Source: an uncultured Methanosarcinales archaeon (GTDB taxonomy: Archaea; Nanobdellota; Nanobdellia; Woesearchaeales; GW2011-AR9). Taken from it: a stretch of DNA of 64,000 nt. The DNA is taken from NCBI GenBank assembly GCA_964344755.1, contig CAYFOH010000001.1:454-64453 (forward strand), written 5' to 3'. Shown here in pieces: positions 19,572 to 29,253 of this stretch. A model generated the notes under the pieces. That model saw only the letters and a program-made list of their open reading frames with translations. It did not search any database and was not told the origin of the DNA. Each line of letters begins with the position of its first letter. Position 1 is the first letter of the stretch. The position numbers were made by a program, and so were the translations under genes.

Positions 19572-20009
19572 ATGCACATCAAAATAAAGAGGATAAATCA
19601 GGATCTGCCTCTTCCTGAATACAAGACAGAAGGAGCAGCTGCTTTTGATTTATACGTAAGAGAAGACATTTTAGTCCCAGCTAAAAGTTGGGTTAAAGCA
19701 CCAAGCAATTTAGTGTTAAAAATTCCTTTTGGTTATTCATTAGTTATTAGTGCAAGAAGTAGTCTTGCTAAACATTACCCTGGACTAATGATAGCTAATG
19801 GTGTTGGTTTGATAGATTGTGATTATTGTGGTCCTAGTGATGAAATTCAAATCTCATTGTACAATGTTACAGATCAAGAAATTAGTGTTAAGAAAGGTGA
19901 AAGAATTGCTCAAGCTCAAATTTTGAAGGTTGAAAGAGGCAACTTTGTGGAAAGTGATGATTTTGGGAGCTTAAATAGGGGGGGATTTGGAACAACTGGC
20001 AGGGGATAA
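19572..20009 (+). CDS. dut: dUTP diphosphatase (dUTPase)
   Basis: Conserved dUTPase motifs: ARSSL, GLIDCDYCG, RIAQAQI, C-terminal RGGFGTTG. Confidence 0.8.
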   Translation: MHIKIKRINQDLPLPEYKTEGAAAFDLYVREDILVPAKSWVKAPSNLVLKIPFGYSLVISARSSLAKHYPGLMIANGVGLIDCDYCGPSDEIQISLYNVTDQEISVKKGERIAQAQILKVERGNFVESDDFGSLNRGGFGTTGRG

Positions 20010-20063
20010 TCACTGCCCAGTGGTTAGGTTCTTTTAAAAAGGAGAAATGTTTCTAAGATCAAG

Positions 20064-21242
20064 ATGACTTTCCAAAGCAAAAAAATATACAATGTTGATA
20101 ATGTAACCAAGATTTATGGTGATCGTTACATTTTAAGTGATATTAGTTTTGATGTGAAGGAAGGTGAAATTTTTGGAATTATTGGTTCTAGTGGTTCTGG
20201 AAAGACTACTTTGTTAAACCTTTTAATAGGATTCATTTCGCCGGAAAAAGGGGAAATTAAATATAATTTACTTAACAAAGAGTCTCAGCTTGATTTAATT
20301 AATAAAAAACAGAACCACCTGAAGGAAATATGTGGTTTTGCTGCACAGAACCCCAGTTTTTATCCGAACCTAAAGGTAATTGAGAATTTGTTATATTTTG
20401 GTTCTTTGTACAGTTTGAAGAAACAGTATGTTAAGGAAAGAGCTGAGGAATTGTTACGTTTGGTTGGTTTGGAACAATCTAAGCATATGCTTTCTGGAAG
20501 GCTTTCTGGTGGTATGCAAAGAAGATTGGACATTGCTTGTTCTTTGATACATAATCCTAAAATCTTATTGTTGGATGAGCCAACTGCAGATCTGGATAAA
20601 GTAATGAGTAGCAATATCTGGAATCTTTTAAGGGTAATCAATAGACAGGGAACAACAATAGTTATTGCTTCTCATCATATCACTGATTTGGAAGATCTTT
20701 GTACAAGGGTGGCAATTCTACGTGATGGTACATTTGTTACTGTAGGTAACCCAGAAACAATTAAATCTAAGAATAAAATAGCAGGTAAGATACAAATAAA
20801 ATCTATGCCTGGTAATTATGATAAAATTTCTAAGAACATAAAAAGAATAAAAGGTGTTAACAAGATAAATGTTGATGAGTCAGGTATAACTATATTTACT
20901 AAAGAACCTGGAAAGATTGTTAAAGAAGCTGTTAATGTTTTGGAAGAAAAAGGTGAGAAAGTAGTTAACATAGAATTTGTAAAACCACGCTTGGAAGAAG
21001 TTTTTGTCAAGATAAATAGTGATAAGTTAGTGGGCAAAAAGGTTTCTGAAAAAGAAAACAAAGTTAAAAAGGCTCGTAAAAGAAGGATTAAGAAGAAAAG
21101 ATCTAGACAAAGAACACCTAAAAAAGTTGAAGAAAAGAAAATTGAAAAAGTTGTTCCAATTAATGTTCAAGAAAGTCCTAAAGAAGATGTTTTAGAAGAA
21201 ATTAAAAAAGAGGTAAAAAAAGAGAAGGATGAAGATTTATGA
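20064..21242 (+). CDS. ABC transporter ATP-binding protein with C-terminal accessory domain and Lys/Arg-rich tail
   Basis: Walker A GSSGSGKTT. ABC signature LSGGMQRR. Walker B LLLDEPT. K/R-rich last about 70 aa. Confidence 0.8.
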   Translation: MTFQSKKIYNVDNVTKIYGDRYILSDISFDVKEGEIFGIIGSSGSGKTTLLNLLIGFISPEKGEIKYNLLNKESQLDLINKKQNHLKEICGFAAQNPSFYPNLKVIENLLYFGSLYSLKKQYVKERAEELLRLVGLEQSKHMLSGRLSGGMQRRLDIACSLIHNPKILLLDEPTADLDKVMSSNIWNLLRVINRQGTTIVIASHHITDLEDLCTRVAILRDGTFVTVGNPETIKSKNKIAGKIQIKSMPGNYDKISKNIKRIKGVNKINVDESGITIFTKEPGKIVKEAVNVLEEKGEKVVNIEFVKPRLEEVFVKINSDKLVGKKVSEKENKVKKARKRRIKKKRSRQRTPKKVEEKKIEKVVPINVQESPKEDVLEEIKKEVKKEKDEDL

Positions 21243-23169
21243 CATCATTAAAAAGAACTTTAAGATTCTTTTAAGATCTAAAGCTTCTGCATTTGTGGTT
21301 ACTGTTGGCCCTTTGCTAATTATTGGTTTAATTGCATTAGCTTTTTCTAATTCTCAGGAGTTTGATATAACTTTAGGAATAATTTCTTTGGAAGAGACAG
21401 ATTTGGGTAACGATTTTATATCGCAATTAAAAGAAGATGATTATACTGTTATCAATTATGAAGATTTAGAAAGGTGTCAGCGTAATATAAAGTCAGGAAC
21501 AGTAAATGTTTGTATCCTTTTACCAGAAGATTTTGAAGTGAAAGAAGGTCAAGAGAATGTAGTTCGTTTTTATGTTGATCAATCAAGGGTTAATATTGTT
21601 CAATCTATAATTTCTTCTGTTGGTGCTTCATTGTCTGTCAAATCTGAGGAAATTACTCTTTCTCTTACAGATAGTCTTCTGGATACTATAGGGGTAACAG
21701 CTACTGAAGTTGAGAGTAACCAAAAGAATGTTGACACACTAAAAAGTGGGATAAACTCTGCTGAATCACATGTAGAAGTGATTCAGGAAAAAGGTAAAAG
21801 TAGTTTAGCTAACACAGAAGACACATTCACTAATTTAGATGATAAAGCTTCTGAAGTAAATGCGTCTGCTTTTTTAGTTAATGAAGAGACAGATAGTTTG
21901 CTTTTGGAATTAAATGGTTTGTTAAACAGTTTAGAGGAGGATGGTGTTTATTCTGATAAAACAGCTAAAGTAAGGGGTCATTACGACGATTTAAAAGAAA
22001 TCCTAGAAGATGAGGGTGGAAATGTAACTGGTGGGATTGCTGATTTAAGGTTAATGATAGCCAGTTTAAGGGAACAAATAAGTGCAACTGGTGAAAACTT
22101 AAGAACAATTGAAAACTCTGCAGGAGAGGTAGCTGATAATTTAAACATTGTTAGAGCTAATGTGGATCAACTGGATGGTAGTTTAGGCTTGCTTCGAGAT
22201 AAAATAAATAACCTTCAAGTAAAATCAGCGGAAAATATTGTTAATCCAATTACAGTAGAAATTAATCCAATCTTAGCTACATCGAATAAATCAATATTTA
22301 TGTTCCCCTATCTTCTTGTAATGGTGATTTTGTTTGTAAGTATGATGCTTTCTAGTACTCTTGTTGTTATGGAGAAGCGTTCAAGAGCTTTTTTTAGAAC
22401 TTTCACTACTCCTACAAGAGAGATTTATCACATCGTTGGAGGTTATATAACAAATTTAATTGTGTTGGTTGTACAATTATCAATAGTTCTGGTTGCAGCT
22501 TATTTCTATCTTGGAATTACTTTGTTAGATAATTATCCTTTAACTTTGCTTGTTCTTTTTCTAAGTACAACATTCTTCATCTTATTGGGTAGCATGTTAG
22601 GTTATGTGTTTAAAACACAAGAGGGAACTACAATTGCCTCTATTTCCATTGGAAGTCTTTTGTTATTTTTGTCAAATGTTATTTTACCTGTGGAAAGTTT
22701 TCCTTATTTAGTTAGAAGAATTCTATTAATAAATCCCTATATGTTATGTTCGGAATTACTTAAGAAGTCTATATTGTTTAATTCTGAATTTTCTAGTGTT
22801 TTAAACGAATTGGCTTTACTCTTAATTTATATTGTAATTGTAGCAATATTTGTTTTTGTTTTCCAAAAAATTTCAGTTACTCGCATGCTTAATGGTTTTT
22901 CAAGTAGAAAAATATTGAGAAGACATCACATAACTAAGGAAAATTATTTCAAATTAAAAGAAGGAACTATTTTAAAAAGTAAAAGTGATCTAGTTAAAGC
23001 TTTAAAGAATATGGATGATGCTCAGTTTAGTCTTTATGTGAGTAAGAAGGGAAACGAGTTTGCAGTTTGGATTAAAGACGCTTTTAAAGATAAGAAGTTA
23101 GTTAAGAAAATTAAAAAAGCTAATTCAAGGGAAGAGACTTTAAAAATTCTTGAAGAAGAAACTAACTGA
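21229..23169 (+). CDS. ABC-2 family permease with YhgE/Pip-like architecture (N-terminal TM, about 300-aa extracellular coiled-coil domain, C-terminal TM bundle)
   Basis: Hydropathy pattern from the translation. Overlaps the ABC ATPase stop (operon). Confidence 0.6.
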   Translation: MKIYDIIKKNFKILLRSKASAFVVTVGPLLIIGLIALAFSNSQEFDITLGIISLEETDLGNDFISQLKEDDYTVINYEDLERCQRNIKSGTVNVCILLPEDFEVKEGQENVVRFYVDQSRVNIVQSIISSVGASLSVKSEEITLSLTDSLLDTIGVTATEVESNQKNVDTLKSGINSAESHVEVIQEKGKSSLANTEDTFTNLDDKASEVNASAFLVNEETDSLLLELNGLLNSLEEDGVYSDKTAKVRGHYDDLKEILEDEGGNVTGGIADLRLMIASLREQISATGENLRTIENSAGEVADNLNIVRANVDQLDGSLGLLRDKINNLQVKSAENIVNPITVEINPILATSNKSIFMFPYLLVMVILFVSMMLSSTLVVMEKRSRAFFRTFTTPTREIYHIVGGYITNLIVLVVQLSIVLVAAYFYLGITLLDNYPLTLLVLFLSTTFFILLGSMLGYVFKTQEGTTIASISIGSLLLFLSNVILPVESFPYLVRRILLINPYMLCSELLKKSILFNSEFSSVLNELALLLIYIVIVAIFVFVFQKISVTRMLNGFSSRKILRRHHITKENYFKLKEGTILKSKSDLVKALKNMDDAQFSLYVSKKGNEFAVWIKDAFKDKKLVKKIKKANSREETLKILEEETN

Positions 23170-24652
23170 TTTTGTAACCTTTGTTATTTTTGATAAATTG
23201 CTTAGCTAAGTCCATTTTAAATTTACTCTCAGCATAAATCGTGTAGAGAACTTCTTTTTTCATAACAGGGTCCTTAACTTTTTTGTGAATAAAAAGGCCT
23301 GAACCTTTGTTAATTGGGGCCCCAGCGATCCTGGCGACCTTAGAGATTACTTTGTTATCTATTTCTAAAACTCTACCTTTCTTATTAGATAAGACTTTGT
23401 GGCGGTAATTAGCTAAAGGTACTTTCTTTTTTTTGCCTTGTGCTTTAATTATTTGTTGCATTTTTTTAAGAGCTTCACCGCTGTTAAGAATATTTTTAGC
23501 AATTTTCTTGCAATTTTTGAATTTACCACTCATTTTTAACATAATTGTTGCCATTTTAAGAGATTTATCCCTTAAATCAGTTGGCGCTAAGGGATCATTT
23601 CTTAAGACAGACATTACATCTTCGGACTCAAGCAGAGGACCAACGCCATTGCCAATAGGTTGGGTGCCGTCTGTAATAATTACTTTAATGTTCATGCCAA
23701 TCTTTTTGCCAATGTTAATAAATTTCTTCTTTAATAGTTTAGCTTTTTTCAAAGAGTCTACTTTACTTCCTTTGCCCATGGGTATATCAATTAGGACTTG
23801 ATTGGCAGAAACTGATTTTTTTTTAGCTATAACTGAAGCAATAAGCTGGCCCTCAGCATCTATTGAAATTGGGTGTTCGATTTCGATAATTTTATCGTCT
23901 GAAGGAGATAAATTAATTGAACCTCCATGCACCATGCATCCGCCAGTGTCTTTAACAACTTTTTTAATTTTTTTTTCAGACAACTCTACATTAGCTAAAC
24001 ATTCCATTGTGTCAGCAGTACCTGCAGGAGAAGTAATAGCTCTAGAACTTGTTTTAGGAATAGTTAAACCTGCTGCTGCAAGTATTGGTACGACAATCAT
24101 TGTTGTCCTATTTCCCGGCACTCCGCCTATACAATGTTTATCCACAGTGAATTTTTTAAAACTTAATATTCTTCCTGTATTAACCATGGCTTTAATTAGG
24201 CCAACAATTTCTTTGTTACTAAATCCGTGTGTTGCTCCAGAAGCTACAAAATAAGTTTTTTCTATGTCAGTAAGTTTATCTTCTGTAAAGTCTTTTATAA
24301 TGTGAAAAAGTTCCTTATCATTTAATCTTTTTCCTTCAACTTTATCTCTAATATGTTTAACTGATTCTGGTTTCCCAGTTAATTTTAGTTCTACAAGATT
24401 TTTCTTTTTTACTTTTAGGGCATCTAATACTTCTTCAAATAAACCTATCTTGCCGAGAGGAATAGCTTTCTCGTTTTCAGAAATGTTTAGGACACAAGTT
24501 GTTTCTTTCTTTTTGAATTTAACGATGACTCTGTCACCTGATCTTAAATCCAAACGCTTTGAATCTCTTTCATTAAGGATAGCAATTGGAATACCTCCTG
24601 TTGTTAAATCCATGTCTACTACTTGAAAATGCATATTTCTACTCTTTTCCAT
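23162..24652 (-). CDS. deoA: AMP phosphorylase / thymidine phosphorylase family (DeoA-like, archaeal long form)
   Basis: About 500 aa with N-terminal extension. GGVPGNRTTMIVVPILAAAGLTIPKTSSRAITSPAGTADTME matches nucleoside phosphorylase family II. Confidence 0.7.
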   Translation of the reverse strand: MEKSRNMHFQVVDMDLTTGGIPIAILNERDSKRLDLRSGDRVIVKFKKKETTCVLNISENEKAIPLGKIGLFEEVLDALKVKKKNLVELKLTGKPESVKHIRDKVEGKRLNDKELFHIIKDFTEDKLTDIEKTYFVASGATHGFSNKEIVGLIKAMVNTGRILSFKKFTVDKHCIGGVPGNRTTMIVVPILAAAGLTIPKTSSRAITSPAGTADTMECLANVELSEKKIKKVVKDTGGCMVHGGSINLSPSDDKIIEIEHPISIDAEGQLIASVIAKKKSVSANQVLIDIPMGKGSKVDSLKKAKLLKKKFINIGKKIGMNIKVIITDGTQPIGNGVGPLLESEDVMSVLRNDPLAPTDLRDKSLKMATIMLKMSGKFKNCKKIAKNILNSGEALKKMQQIIKAQGKKKKVPLANYRHKVLSNKKGRVLEIDNKVISKVARIAGAPINKGSGLFIHKKVKDPVMKKEVLYTIYAESKFKMDLAKQFIKNNKGYKIS

Positions 24653-24662
24653 AGTAAAATGA

Positions 24663-25028
24663 TTGTTTTACCGTTTATATAACTTTTTATGTTTGTTTAT
24701 TTTTTTTGTATTTATGAAATTAACATCTGAAATATCAGCTAAAGGTTTAGGTGGAGTAATTCTTAGGTATGATTTAGGAAAATGTTGGAGTGGATACTTT
24801 AAAATGAAAGAGTTCAGATCCTGTTTAAAAGGGACTGGACTTTCTGTTAATAGGAGCAGAAATATCTTGCCAGAGAATGGCTGGGATTATGCAGGGGAAT
24901 TGCCAATTCCTGGAACCTTGGGTGGGGCCTTTTTTACTGGTTATTATATTTACATTTATGGTTATAATAGTGAAAAAGAGAATGAAGAATATACAAGAAA
25001 GCTTAAAGATATTTGTGATTTGTTATAG
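24663..25028 (+). CDS. Hypothetical protein (121 aa)
   Basis: ORF track only. Confidence 0.3.
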   Translation: MFYRLYNFLCLFIFFVFMKLTSEISAKGLGGVILRYDLGKCWSGYFKMKEFRSCLKGTGLSVNRSRNILPENGWDYAGELPIPGTLGGAFFTGYYIYIYGYNSEKENEEYTRKLKDICDLL

Positions 25029-25715
25029 ATTTTCTTTAAGAAAATGACTTATTGGACCAATATCTTTTGGACTTCCAAGATCAAACCATGGATGTTGTGT
25101 TTTTAGAACTTTAACTTTTTTGTCTTTAGCTAAAAACGTTAGAGCATCTGTAATTTCATACTCTCCTCTTTCTGACATACTTAGATTTTCTAATATTGGC
25201 CAAACATCAGGCGTGAATTTATACATACCAATATTTATTAAATTTCCGATATAGGTTTTTGGTTTTTCTACTATTTTAACTAATTTATCTTTATCTATAA
25301 CTAGTATTCCATATTTTTCAGGTGTTTTGGCTTCTTTGCCCACAACATAGCAGAATTGATCTTTTTTTTGTATTATTTTGAGGTCCTCTACTGAAAATAG
25401 ATTGTCTCCATTAAGAACAATAACATTTTCATCGTCGCAAAAGTCTTTTGCTTGCATTAAGGCATGGCCAGTACCAAGAGGTTTGGGTTGTTCAAGAATC
25501 TTAATGTCAAGATTTTTCTTTTTAACGTACTCAATTATTTTTTCTTTTTTGTAATTGACAACAATTCCAATTTCTGTTAATCCTACTTTTTTAAGATTGT
25601 TAATGAGGTATTCTAAGAATGGTTTCCTGTTAATTTCTACTAAAACTTTAGGAATTGTTTCAGTTAGTGGCAACAATCTTGTTCCCTTCCCTCCAGCTAA
25701 AATTACAACTTTCAT
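25023..25715 (-). CDS. Sugar-1-phosphate nucleotidyltransferase (NTP_transferase family)
   Basis: KVVILAGGKGTRLLPLTETIPKVL N-terminal signature. Confidence 0.7.
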   Translation of the reverse strand: MKVVILAGGKGTRLLPLTETIPKVLVEINRKPFLEYLINNLKKVGLTEIGIVVNYKKEKIIEYVKKKNLDIKILEQPKPLGTGHALMQAKDFCDDENVIVLNGDNLFSVEDLKIIQKKDQFCYVVGKEAKTPEKYGILVIDKDKLVKIVEKPKTYIGNLINIGMYKFTPDVWPILENLSMSERGEYEITDALTFLAKDKKVKVLKTQHPWFDLGSPKDIGPISHFLKENL

Positions 25716-26185
25716 TTTTTGATAATTTTTTTAATATTGGTAAAATCATTGACTGTATAGGTTGGTTTTTCCATAAGATCTTTTGGAACTAAACCTTGAT
25801 ACTTTCCGCTTTTTATTAAGATAGTAATTAAACCCAATTCGTTTCCAAACCTTATTTCAGAGTCGATTCTATCTCCAACAACAAATATTTTTTGATAGGG
25901 GTTTTCTTTTAAGACTTTTGTGAAATGTTCTTTTTTTTCTTCGTTTTTAGAACAAATAAAAATTTTGTTAAAAAAGTTTCTGATTTTAAGCTGATCTATT
26001 TTTTTATTTTGTAGTCCTTCTTCCGTTTCTTTAGTAACTAATATTTTCTTAAAGGAAGGATTTTCTAAAAAACCTTTAACTCCTGGGAACAAAGTAATTT
26101 TAGAAAGGTCTTCTTCTGAATAATTGTCTTTTAGTTGTTCTGTCCTACTGTATAGGGTATCATCAAGGTCAAAAATAACGATCAT
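25712..26185 (-). CDS. HAD-superfamily hydrolase/phosphatase
   Basis: Motif I IVIFDLDDTLY; small cap-less HAD. Confidence 0.6.
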   Translation of the reverse strand: MIVIFDLDDTLYSRTEQLKDNYSEEDLSKITLFPGVKGFLENPSFKKILVTKETEEGLQNKKIDQLKIRNFFNKIFICSKNEEKKEHFTKVLKENPYQKIFVVGDRIDSEIRFGNELGLITILIKSGKYQGLVPKDLMEKPTYTVNDFTNIKKIIKK

Positions 26186-26203
26186 TTTTTTTTAAATCTA
26201 ATT

Positions 26204-27175
26204 TTAAAGGAGGTCGGCAATTTTCATAATTTCTTTAGCTAATTTATGTGAATCATGACGAATTAAGGCTCTTGTTTTGGCAATTTTATCAAATTGGTTA
26301 AATTCTTGTTCTTCAATATCTAAAAGATCGGCACTAATAATTCTATCGTCTTCTAAATCTTTCCTTATTAATTCAGCCTCGTCCTGATAACTTTCTAAAA
26401 GATTTTTAGGGGGGGGGTTACTATTAAACAAGATGTGATCAAAAATATCCCGGCCTAAAAACTGTTTGATGCTTCTTAAGTAATCAGATATTTTGAAGTT
26501 AGGTGTTTGCTTTTTTTTGTTCATTAGATTCACGACGAAAACTTTTTTGGCTTTTGTATCTCTTAGGGCCTTACTTATTCCTTCTACTAAAAGGTTAGGA
26601 ATTAAACTTGTATAAAGACCACCTGGACCAAAAATAATTAAATCAGCATTCATTAATTCATCTATAGCCCGCGGGTTGGCTTTAGGAAAAGGTTCTAAAT
26701 AAATACTTTTAAAGTTATTTAGTGGTCTGTTGGAAAACAAAATCTCTTTTTCCCCCCTCAAGAGACCATTATCTTCTAAAACCATATGTAAACGAACTTC
26801 ATTGGTGGTAACAGGGATCACTTTGCCTTTAATAGAAAGAATCCTACCTGTTTCTTCTACTGCTTTTTCAAAACTTCCGGTAACTTTCTCTAATGCTGAT
26901 AGTAGTATGTTTCCAAAACTGTGACCTTCCAGCCCCCCACTTTCAAAACGATAGTTCATTAAACTACGCATTAATCGACTAGAATTAGATAAGGCCACTA
27001 AACATTGTCGTACATCGCCTGGTGGTAGGACACCTAACTCATCTCTTAAAATACCTGTGCTTCCTCCATCATCCGCCATAGAAACAATGGCAGAAAGGTC
27101 CACATTGTATCTTTTTAATCCTCTTAAGACGACAAAATTACCTGTGCCGCCACCTATTACTACCACCTTTTTCAT
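26204..27175 (-). CDS. CofD/YvcK (UPF0052) family protein; YvcK-like UDP-sugar-binding / 2-phospho-L-lactate transferase fold
   Basis: VVVIGGGTGNFVVLRGLK...MADDGGSTGILRDELGVLPPGDVRQCL is the family signature. Confidence 0.65.
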   Translation of the reverse strand: MKKVVVIGGGTGNFVVLRGLKRYNVDLSAIVSMADDGGSTGILRDELGVLPPGDVRQCLVALSNSSRLMRSLMNYRFESGGLEGHSFGNILLSALEKVTGSFEKAVEETGRILSIKGKVIPVTTNEVRLHMVLEDNGLLRGEKEILFSNRPLNNFKSIYLEPFPKANPRAIDELMNADLIIFGPGGLYTSLIPNLLVEGISKALRDTKAKKVFVVNLMNKKKQTPNFKISDYLRSIKQFLGRDIFDHILFNSNPPPKNLLESYQDEAELIRKDLEDDRIISADLLDIEEQEFNQFDKIAKTRALIRHDSHKLAKEIMKIADLL

Positions 27176-27222
27176 CTAGTTTTTTACAAAGAAAACAACT
27201 TTTAAAATTTGTGTAAGTATAA

Positions 27223-28530
27223 TTATTGTTCTGGAGGACAGATAACAGAATTATGAGTGCAACGATCAGTAGCTTTGAATGTTATTTTAAAAAAGTTGCT
27301 ATAATCTTCAGGAAGTGGATGAAAAGTTGTTTGAGCAACCCACCCGTGTTCATAATGGCCAGCATTAGATGTTAAATTATTCACTCCTTTTGGGATATTT
27401 TGGTAATGACTAATTATGTTTCCTGGAAGTAGAGCATAAAATTTGAATCCGTTTTCAATTGTTTTTTCGTTTAATTCTTCTTGTGTTACATTGTCATTAT
27501 CTCCTATTTCGTCAGAATTGAAAACTATGACAGGCAAGGCATCATCTCTATAGTTTATACCAAAAAAATTTTGATCTTGGTCTAAAACACCTTGAAGAGT
27601 TTGATAATTAGGTTCAGTTCCCCCAAGTAATGGTTGAGTAGCTATATATTCTATTTGATTAACTAGGTCATCATAGGTTCCTGAATTTAAGACCAACTCT
27701 GCTTGATCATTTTTTATTAAAATTAAGGAGTACTTGTAAATTTCATCGTTTCTTAATTTTTGTAATAAGGCAGAATTATTGGCGTCTAAAGTGAAATCTC
27801 TGATGCCAGTAGCTAACGAAGGTGTTTCTTCTACCATTGATCCACTATTGTCTACAACTAACACTATATCTGCTTTGACTATCTCTGGACAATATTCTAA
27901 GTCGCAACAACTATCGTCCTCTCCATCTATACACCAAGAAACTGTTTCTCCTAATGGATGATAGATGGTTTCACATATTTCATTAGTATGCCTGGCTATT
28001 TCGTCATGTTCATCCCAACATATATCGTTAGAAACCCATTCTTGAACAAATTTTAATCTAATTTCGGAGGTGCCGTCAGGTTTAAGCTGTTGGACAGGAA
28101 TAGCTCTCTCTTCGCAAATTGCCTCTAATCTCCCAGAATCTCCACAACCGCAAGCACCTTCGTACTTGATATCTCCTGGGCAACAAATAAGATCTTCTTC
28201 AGGTACACATTCTCCAAAGAAGGTTCTTTTAACGTTATTTTCTCCATCGATGCATTCTTCTAAGATTTTCATAAATCCAGAACATTTAACTGTATTTCCA
28301 ATTTCACAATATCTTTCTCCAACAGCTTCTACTTTGCCTTCTATACAATATTCTAATGGAGTATAACTTAAAGAAGGTGGTTTAGAACTTACAGATTTAA
28401 ACTCAATCGGTGGTTCTTGTTGAATAATATTGGGAGCGTTTTTGGAAGAAGAGTTTCTATCTCCGCACCCAGATAAGATGGATAAACCTAAAAAACCAGA
28501 AACAAGAAGAGAATTAAGTTTAATCCGCAT
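27223..28530 (-). CDS. Secreted lipoprotein-like protein with Cys-rich N-terminal region and von Willebrand factor A (MIDAS) domain
   Basis: Lipobox-like LSGC. More than 20 Cys in residues 60-210. DIVLVVDNSGSM (DxSxS MIDAS). Confidence 0.55.
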   Translation of the reverse strand: MRIKLNSLLVSGFLGLSILSGCGDRNSSSKNAPNIIQQEPPIEFKSVSSKPPSLSYTPLEYCIEGKVEAVGERYCEIGNTVKCSGFMKILEECIDGENNVKRTFFGECVPEEDLICCPGDIKYEGACGCGDSGRLEAICEERAIPVQQLKPDGTSEIRLKFVQEWVSNDICWDEHDEIARHTNEICETIYHPLGETVSWCIDGEDDSCCDLEYCPEIVKADIVLVVDNSGSMVEETPSLATGIRDFTLDANNSALLQKLRNDEIYKYSLILIKNDQAELVLNSGTYDDLVNQIEYIATQPLLGGTEPNYQTLQGVLDQDQNFFGINYRDDALPVIVFNSDEIGDNDNVTQEELNEKTIENGFKFYALLPGNIISHYQNIPKGVNNLTSNAGHYEHGWVAQTTFHPLPEDYSNFFKITFKATDRCTHNSVICPPEQ

Positions 28531-28579
28531 ACTATCTTTGAGATTAGGTAGCGAAATATATAAACCTTCCGTAACTGTT

Positions 28580-29179
28580 CTATTCTTCTGTGAAGTCTTC
28601 TAAGCTTGCAGGTATCTCTTCTTCTCCTTTTAGTAAGGCTTTGCTTTTCATATACTCTTTTGTTAATATATAAAGAACTAATCCTATGGATTTTTTTCCT
28701 TTATTGTTACAAGGAACAACTAGGTCTATCTTGTTAGATTGGTTGTTGGTGTCACACAAACCAATTACGGGTACACCTACCTTTAAAGCATCTTCTACAA
28801 TATTTTTATCTGTCCATGGGTCGCAGGCTAAAATAATTTTTGGTTCAGTAAAAGTTTCTAAGTTAGGGTTAGTTAAAATTCCTGGTGGGTAACGCCCCCC
28901 TATTACTTTAATTCCAGTGAGTTTATTCAATTGTTTTAGGCCCTTCCAACCATTCTCTCTTCTACTTACGATTAAAACGTCTTCTGGATCGTACTTGGAG
29001 ATCATTTTGATAGCCATTCTTAACCTTTCATCAATTTTTTTAAGATTAAGTACACTTAAGCCATCAGGGCGGGTCTTGTAAATAAAATCGCTCATATATT
29101 TTGTTTTAAATTTTGTTCCTATGTGTATACCACTTTTTAGGTAATCATTGGAATTAATTAGTAGGTTTTCTTCAGTCAT
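28580..29179 (-). CDS. rps2: Ribosomal protein S2 (uS2, archaeal type)
   Basis: YLKSGIHIGTKFKTKYM... and length/architecture of archaeal uS2. AGGAGAT SD 8 nt upstream. Confidence 0.8.
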   Translation of the reverse strand: MTEENLLINSNDYLKSGIHIGTKFKTKYMSDFIYKTRPDGLSVLNLKKIDERLRMAIKMISKYDPEDVLIVSRRENGWKGLKQLNKLTGIKVIGGRYPPGILTNPNLETFTEPKIILACDPWTDKNIVEDALKVGVPVIGLCDTNNQSNKIDLVVPCNNKGKKSIGLVLYILTKEYMKSKALLKGEEEIPASLEDFTEE

Positions 29180-29213
29180 TTTTTTTATCTCCTAAACTTT
29201 AGTGAGTAAAATA

Positions 29214-29253
29214 GTCAGAATTTTTCTGACTGCGTTTTTTTTTGCCTCACGCA
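29214..29253. promoter_or_regulatory. Two adjacent short hairpins (AGTCAGAATTTTTCTGACT and TGCGT-T9-GCCTCACGCA) in the 174-nt spacer upstream of rps2
   Basis: Seen in sequence. Hairpin plus T-run orientation fits a plus-strand transcript although both flanking genes are minus-strand. Confidence 0.25.

Noticed and set aside
26409-26417. G9 homopolymer (and G8 at 57833-57840) inside CDSs of an AT-rich genome, possible slipped-strand phase variation
   Set aside because: Both tracts are in-frame and encode PPP/GG in otherwise intact ORFs. There is no evidence of a frameshift. They remain a possible sequencing-error hotspot only.
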